Of a stretch of 32,000 bases of DNA, positions 28,259 through 32,000 are shown piece after piece. The stretch spans positions 390,001 to 422,000 of the forward strand of contig JAFGBS010000009.1 of assembly GCA_016933055.1 (NCBI GenBank), in the 5' to 3' direction. The notes below the pieces were generated by a model. It did not search any database, was not told the origin of the DNA, and was given only the letters and a program-made list of their open reading frames with translations. Numbering within the stretch: position 1 is the first letter of the stretch; every line of letters begins with the position of its first letter. Source of the stretch: Promethearchaeota archaeon (GTDB lineage Archaea > Asgardarchaeota > Lokiarchaeia > Sigyniarchaeales > Promethearchaeaceae). A program made the position numbers and the translations under genes.

Positions 28259-29494
28259 TTATGAGATTAATTTTTTAGGTATCTCTTTGATACTTCGTGC
28301 AAATTCTGCAGCTTTTTCTTCTGCTATTCTTAAATCTTCATTAGTTGGTCCCCCTTGAAATTCTAGAATTGAATCAACATCCCAGTTTAGATTTTTGATA
28401 CGTTCTTCAAAGCCTTTTTCCGCTCCCCCAACCCAACCATAGGAACCAAATCGCATGACTTTTTTGTGCTTGAATCTTTTTAGTTTCATTAAATCCAAAA
28501 CATAAGCCATAGGCGGAAATACAGAATATTCATAGGTAGGCATTCCAATCACAATACCTGCTGATCTCCAGGCAGACGCAAGAACATTTGACACATGCGT
28601 CTCTGGTACTTTATGAATAGTAACTTTAACCCCCTCCTTGGCAATTCCTCTAAGGATAGCTCTGAGCATCACTTCCGTATTACTGTACATGGATCCCCAA
28701 ATAACGGTGATCTCGGGCTCTCCATAATCATTTGCGTAATTTGCATATCGTTGATACCGTTCAATGATTTCCATTGGATTTCTCCAGATTAGACCATGGG
28801 ATGGAGCAATGATTTTAATTTTATCTAATAAACTGCCCAGTTTATCAATAGCTTTAAGTACAAATGCAGAGAAAGCTGCGACAATGTTCGCATAGTAACG
28901 TAGTGTTTCGCCCTCAAAGAATGCTATATCTTCCTTGGGAATCTCGTCTGCGAATATAGTACCTTTGAATGCTCCAAAAGAACCAAAGGCATCACAACTA
29001 AATAAGACTCCGGTAGATTCTTCAAAAGTTACCATAGTTTCCGGCCAGTGCACATTGGGAATATCGTAGAAGTGTAATATTTTCCCCTTCCCTAAATCGA
29101 GGGTATCCCCATCTCCCACTCCCCGAATATTTTCTGAGATATGATAAAATGCCTCTACTAATTTGACTCCTTTTTTACTAGTGATAATTTCCGCGTTAGG
29201 GCAGTATTTGTGAAGTACAGGAAGAAATCCCGTATGATCTGGTTCTAAATGATTTAAAATTATATAATCAATATGTTCAGGTTCAATCCCTACACTCTTA
29301 AACTGTTGATTCAGACTAGCAGAAGATCCTCCTCCGCTCGATTTCACTATATCAATGATTGCGGTTTTATCTCCTCGAACAATGTAGGAATTGATTGTAA
29401 CTCCATCTGGAATTGGCCAGATTCCTTCAAACAAATCGTTCGTATAATCATTAACACCTGTCCAATAAACTTCCTCAGCTATTTTTTGTGCCAT
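28259..29494 (-). CDS. fprA: Flavodiiron protein (class A; O2/NO reductase)
   Basis: NHLEPDH, HWPE, SCDAFG, APSHG diiron ligands; flavodoxin domain WGSMYSNTE, GMPTY, FGSYGWVGGA. Confidence 0.95.
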   Translation of the reverse strand: MAQKIAEEVYWTGVNDYTNDLFEGIWPIPDGVTINSYIVRGDKTAIIDIVKSSGGGSSASLNQQFKSVGIEPEHIDYIILNHLEPDHTGFLPVLHKYCPNAEIITSKKGVKLVEAFYHISENIRGVGDGDTLDLGKGKILHFYDIPNVHWPETMVTFEESTGVLFSCDAFGSFGAFKGTIFADEIPKEDIAFFEGETLRYYANIVAAFSAFVLKAIDKLGSLLDKIKIIAPSHGLIWRNPMEIIERYQRYANYANDYGEPEITVIWGSMYSNTEVMLRAILRGIAKEGVKVTIHKVPETHVSNVLASAWRSAGIVIGMPTYEYSVFPPMAYVLDLMKLKRFKHKKVMRFGSYGWVGGAEKGFEERIKNLNWDVDSILEFQGGPTNEDLRIAEEKAAEFARSIKEIPKKLIS

Positions 29495-29578
29495 ATATTT
29501 TCACTCTCATCATAAATACTTTATATTTTCCAATTTAGTAGATAAGTTTAAAATTTTTATATTTATCAAAATAAGCGA

Positions 29579-29593
29579 GAATTGTCATAATTC
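29579..29593. promoter_or_regulatory. Quasi-palindrome in the divergent fprA / oxidoreductase promoter region
   Basis: GAATT-GTCAT-AATTC, 23 nt upstream of ATG 29617; short arms, may be chance. Confidence 0.3.
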
Positions 29594-29616
29594 GTTCTAG
29601 AATAGGTTTTGTATCC

Positions 29617-30813
29617 ATGAAAGTAATTATCGTGGGAAATGGAGTCGCTGGACAGACCTTGGCTGAAACCATCCGACGTAATAACAAAGAGATGGATATT
29701 ACCCTCTTTACTGAGGAAAGTCATCCTTATTATTCACGGATTCTTTTACCCCATTTTGTTGCTGGGAACCGTACATTAGAAAATTTATACGTACGGAAAA
29801 AAGAATGGTATAGTGATCAAAGTATTCGATTCATTAATGCTACTAAAATCACTAAAATTGACTTAGGAGAGAAAAAAATCTCGAGTGCGGAAGGTGATTC
29901 GTTTCCATATGATAAGCTTGTTCTATCAGTAGGTAGTTCCCCCCGTAAACTTGATTTCGGAAATCCTAATGTAAATCTACAAGGGAATTTTGCTTTACGT
30001 TCAATATCCGATGCTGAACAAATCCAACACTATGCAAAAAAGAAGCCGGTTAAACGGGCATTTATCGTTGGAGGAGGACTTTTAGGGATTGAACTAGGAT
30101 TTCATTTGAGAAAGATGGTAGATCAAGTACAAATTTGTGAGATTGCCCCTTATCTACTTCCTCGTCAGTTAGATAGGGAAACGTCAAAAATCCTGCAGAC
30201 ATATTTGGAAGACCAAGGATTGCAATTTATTCTTGGGGATTCCGTTGAGAAAATTTTGGGGAACAACTCGTTGGAGGCTATTAGATTGCAGAGTGGTAAA
30301 GAAATAGAAACTGATATGATTCTCCAACAGCTCGGAATTATTCCTAACACGGAATTGGCACAAGAAAGTAGATTAAATTCACAAAAAGGAATTATTGTGA
30401 ATGAATTCATGCAAACGTCAGATCGTGATGTTTATGCGGCAGGAGATTGTATTCAATTTGAAGATAAGATTTGGGGTATCATTCCTGCAAGTATCGAACA
30501 AGCAAAACAAGCTGCAGCACACATTCTTAATGAGAATCCCGAACCTTATACTCCATCAATATGGAATACTCGTCTAAAAGTCGCTGGGATTGATCTCACT
30601 TGCATTGGACTTTCATCACCAGAAGCAGAAGAAGGAGCAACTCTTTATGAATATCGAAGACAGGATACCTATACATGTCGTAAGGTCATTATTCGGGATA
30701 ATGTTCTCACTAATGCTATCCTCCTAGGACCCGGGGCAGACTCGAAATTCTTTCTGAAAAAAGCAGGGAAAGAAGTTGATCCTCAAGAAGTAAAAGAAAA
30801 AGTCAAAGAATAA
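29617..30813 (+). CDS. FAD-dependent NAD(P)H:rubredoxin oxidoreductase-like (NROR/NirB N-terminal family)
   Basis: IVGNGVAG, PYYSRILL, YDKLVLSVGS, IVGGGLLGIE, VYAAGDC, TRLKVAGID; no fused Fe-S or rubredoxin domain. Confidence 0.88.
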   Translation: MKVIIVGNGVAGQTLAETIRRNNKEMDITLFTEESHPYYSRILLPHFVAGNRTLENLYVRKKEWYSDQSIRFINATKITKIDLGEKKISSAEGDSFPYDKLVLSVGSSPRKLDFGNPNVNLQGNFALRSISDAEQIQHYAKKKPVKRAFIVGGGLLGIELGFHLRKMVDQVQICEIAPYLLPRQLDRETSKILQTYLEDQGLQFILGDSVEKILGNNSLEAIRLQSGKEIETDMILQQLGIIPNTELAQESRLNSQKGIIVNEFMQTSDRDVYAAGDCIQFEDKIWGIIPASIEQAKQAAAHILNENPEPYTPSIWNTRLKVAGIDLTCIGLSSPEAEEGATLYEYRRQDTYTCRKVIIRDNVLTNAILLGPGADSKFFLKKAGKEVDPQEVKEKVKE

Positions 30814-30912
30814 GACAACTTCTTAGGAAATTTATTCAAATAGTTGGAACAAAGTTATAAAAAGACAAAGATCCCTCTATTTACTAACTACATTTTAGTG
30901 AGGAATACTATA

Positions 30913-32000
30913 ATGCCAGAAAATACGGAAAATGAGTTTATAATAGAGGAACGCAATAAATTTGGTAAACCAAAAATGAGTCCGAATACTCCAGGAAAGC
31001 TGAAGTATGGTCGAACATTTTTAATCGGTTTAGCCTTTTTTACATGTTCCTTAGCATGGACTTATTATAATAATATAATGCCTTTGATTTTAAGAGAATA
31101 TATGGAAGCAATGGGATTAGGGAATGAAATTGATGTACTTGTAGGCGTTATAATGGTCTTGGATAATATAGTAGCAATATTCTTGCTACCGGTATTTGGA
31201 AGCTTATCCGATCGGATGAAATCCAAATATGGAAAGCGGACTCCATTTATTGTGATTGGAGTCATTAGTGCAATGACCGCATTTTATGGATTAGGAATAA
31301 TTTATAATTTTCCTGGAGTTGCAGCTTTCTGGGCTTTAATATTAGTAATTATGTGGTTCAATATTTCAATGGCATTCTTTAGAAGCCCGGCTGTAGCATT
31401 AATGCCAGATATGACCGACCCAAATGTTCGATCCACAGGTAATGCGATCATTAATTTAATGGGAGCCGTAGCAATGGTTTTTGGAACACTAACACCCACC
31501 ATTGCTAGATTTTTATATGGACCCGCCAATCAACGCACAGGGGGATTTTTCATCGTTGTGTTTATCACCATAATTGGGTTTGTGATATTCTATTTGACTA
31601 TAAAAGAAACTCCAACGGGTGATAAATTTATGAGAATTGGTGATAATAGTATTGCACTGGATCCCGTAACCCTCGAATATATTGGGGAAAAGAAAACTGA
31701 AAAACGAGAACCACTTCTCGAGGCTTTAAAAAATATATTCATCGGAAAAGAACGAAGCGCATTATTTATGCTACTCGTGATATTCACTTGGTTCTTTGGA
31801 TATAATGCTATCAATACTTGGTACTCTACGTATGCTACTGCATATTTAGGTTGGGAAGAAGCCGATGCGATACGTGCTTTGTCACTTGCACCTATAGCTA
31901 TGATTATTACCGCTATTTTTGCAGGAAAAATTGCTGAATGGATTGGACGAAGACTAACAATCTTTATTGGATTAGTTGGCCTTGCGCTGGGTTTTGGAGC
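30913..32000 (+). CDS. MFS transporter, SLC45/MalT/GPH-like sugar porter; 3' end runs off the window
   Basis: Not in the ORF track. ATG 30913, then TFLIGLAFF..LAWTYYN, LDNIVAIFLLPVFGSLSDRMKSKYGKRTPFI, RSPAVALMPD, GNAIINLMG; open to the window end. Confidence 0.92.
   Translation, partial: MPENTENEFIIEERNKFGKPKMSPNTPGKLKYGRTFLIGLAFFTCSLAWTYYNNIMPLILREYMEAMGLGNEIDVLVGVIMVLDNIVAIFLLPVFGSLSDRMKSKYGKRTPFIVIGVISAMTAFYGLGIIYNFPGVAAFWALILVIMWFNISMAFFRSPAVALMPDMTDPNVRSTGNAIINLMGAVAMVFGTLTPTIARFLYGPANQRTGGFFIVVFITIIGFVIFYLTIKETPTGDKFMRIGDNSIALDPVTLEYIGEKKTEKREPLLEALKNIFIGKERSALFMLLVIFTWFFGYNAINTWYSTYATAYLGWEEADAIRALSLAPIAMIITAIFAGKIAEWIGRRLTIFIGLVGLALGFG

Noticed and set aside
11731-31814. Other short shadow ORFs (e.g. 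13229-13450, 17151-17513, 17867-18175, 19358-19618, 23537-23836, 24854-25054, 27128-27355, 30165-30410, 31065-31814)
   Set aside because: They overlap stronger genes; 31065-31814 are antisense to the MFS transporter and 24854-25054 overlaps the true rubredoxin
1-32000. CRISPR arrays, tRNA/rRNA, IS elements, prophage or defence genes
   Set aside because: No regularly spaced repeats, GC-rich structural RNA stretches, transposase, integrase or defence motifs were seen; the intein is the only mobile element

Overview
Low-GC archaeal chromosome segment, most likely from an Asgard archaeon (Lokiarchaeia/Promethearchaeota). This is an inference from a Loki-CTERM-like 'IPGIPVWII' anchor, an MglA-type small GTPase, a longin-like protein, an archaeal-type FolP and a bacterial-type gyrase. 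Left third: a partial secreted beta-helix protein, folP, gyrB-gyrA (gyrA interrupted by a 451-aa LAGLIDADG intein right after the catalytic Tyr), an MglA-like GTPase and nagB. Middle: ferredoxin, longin-like protein, Cys-rich Lrp regulator, 1Fe superoxide reductase, membrane hydrolase, Hsp20, and three adjacent MtdA/MtdB-family methylene-pterin dehydrogenase paralogs with divergent cofactor-binding signatures. Right third: an oxygen/ROS-detox cluster (rubrerythrin, a minimal rubredoxin missed by the ORF track, glutaredoxin-like protein, acyl-CoA dehydrogenase fused to a rubredoxin-like domain, flavodiiron FprA, NAD(P)H:rubredoxin oxidoreductase-like flavoprotein) and a partial MFS sugar transporter. 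No rRNA, tRNA, CRISPR array or IS element was recognised. The best leads are a possible acyl-CoA-to-O2 electron chain and the triple-Mtd locus. All assignments come from manual motif reading; no database searches were run.
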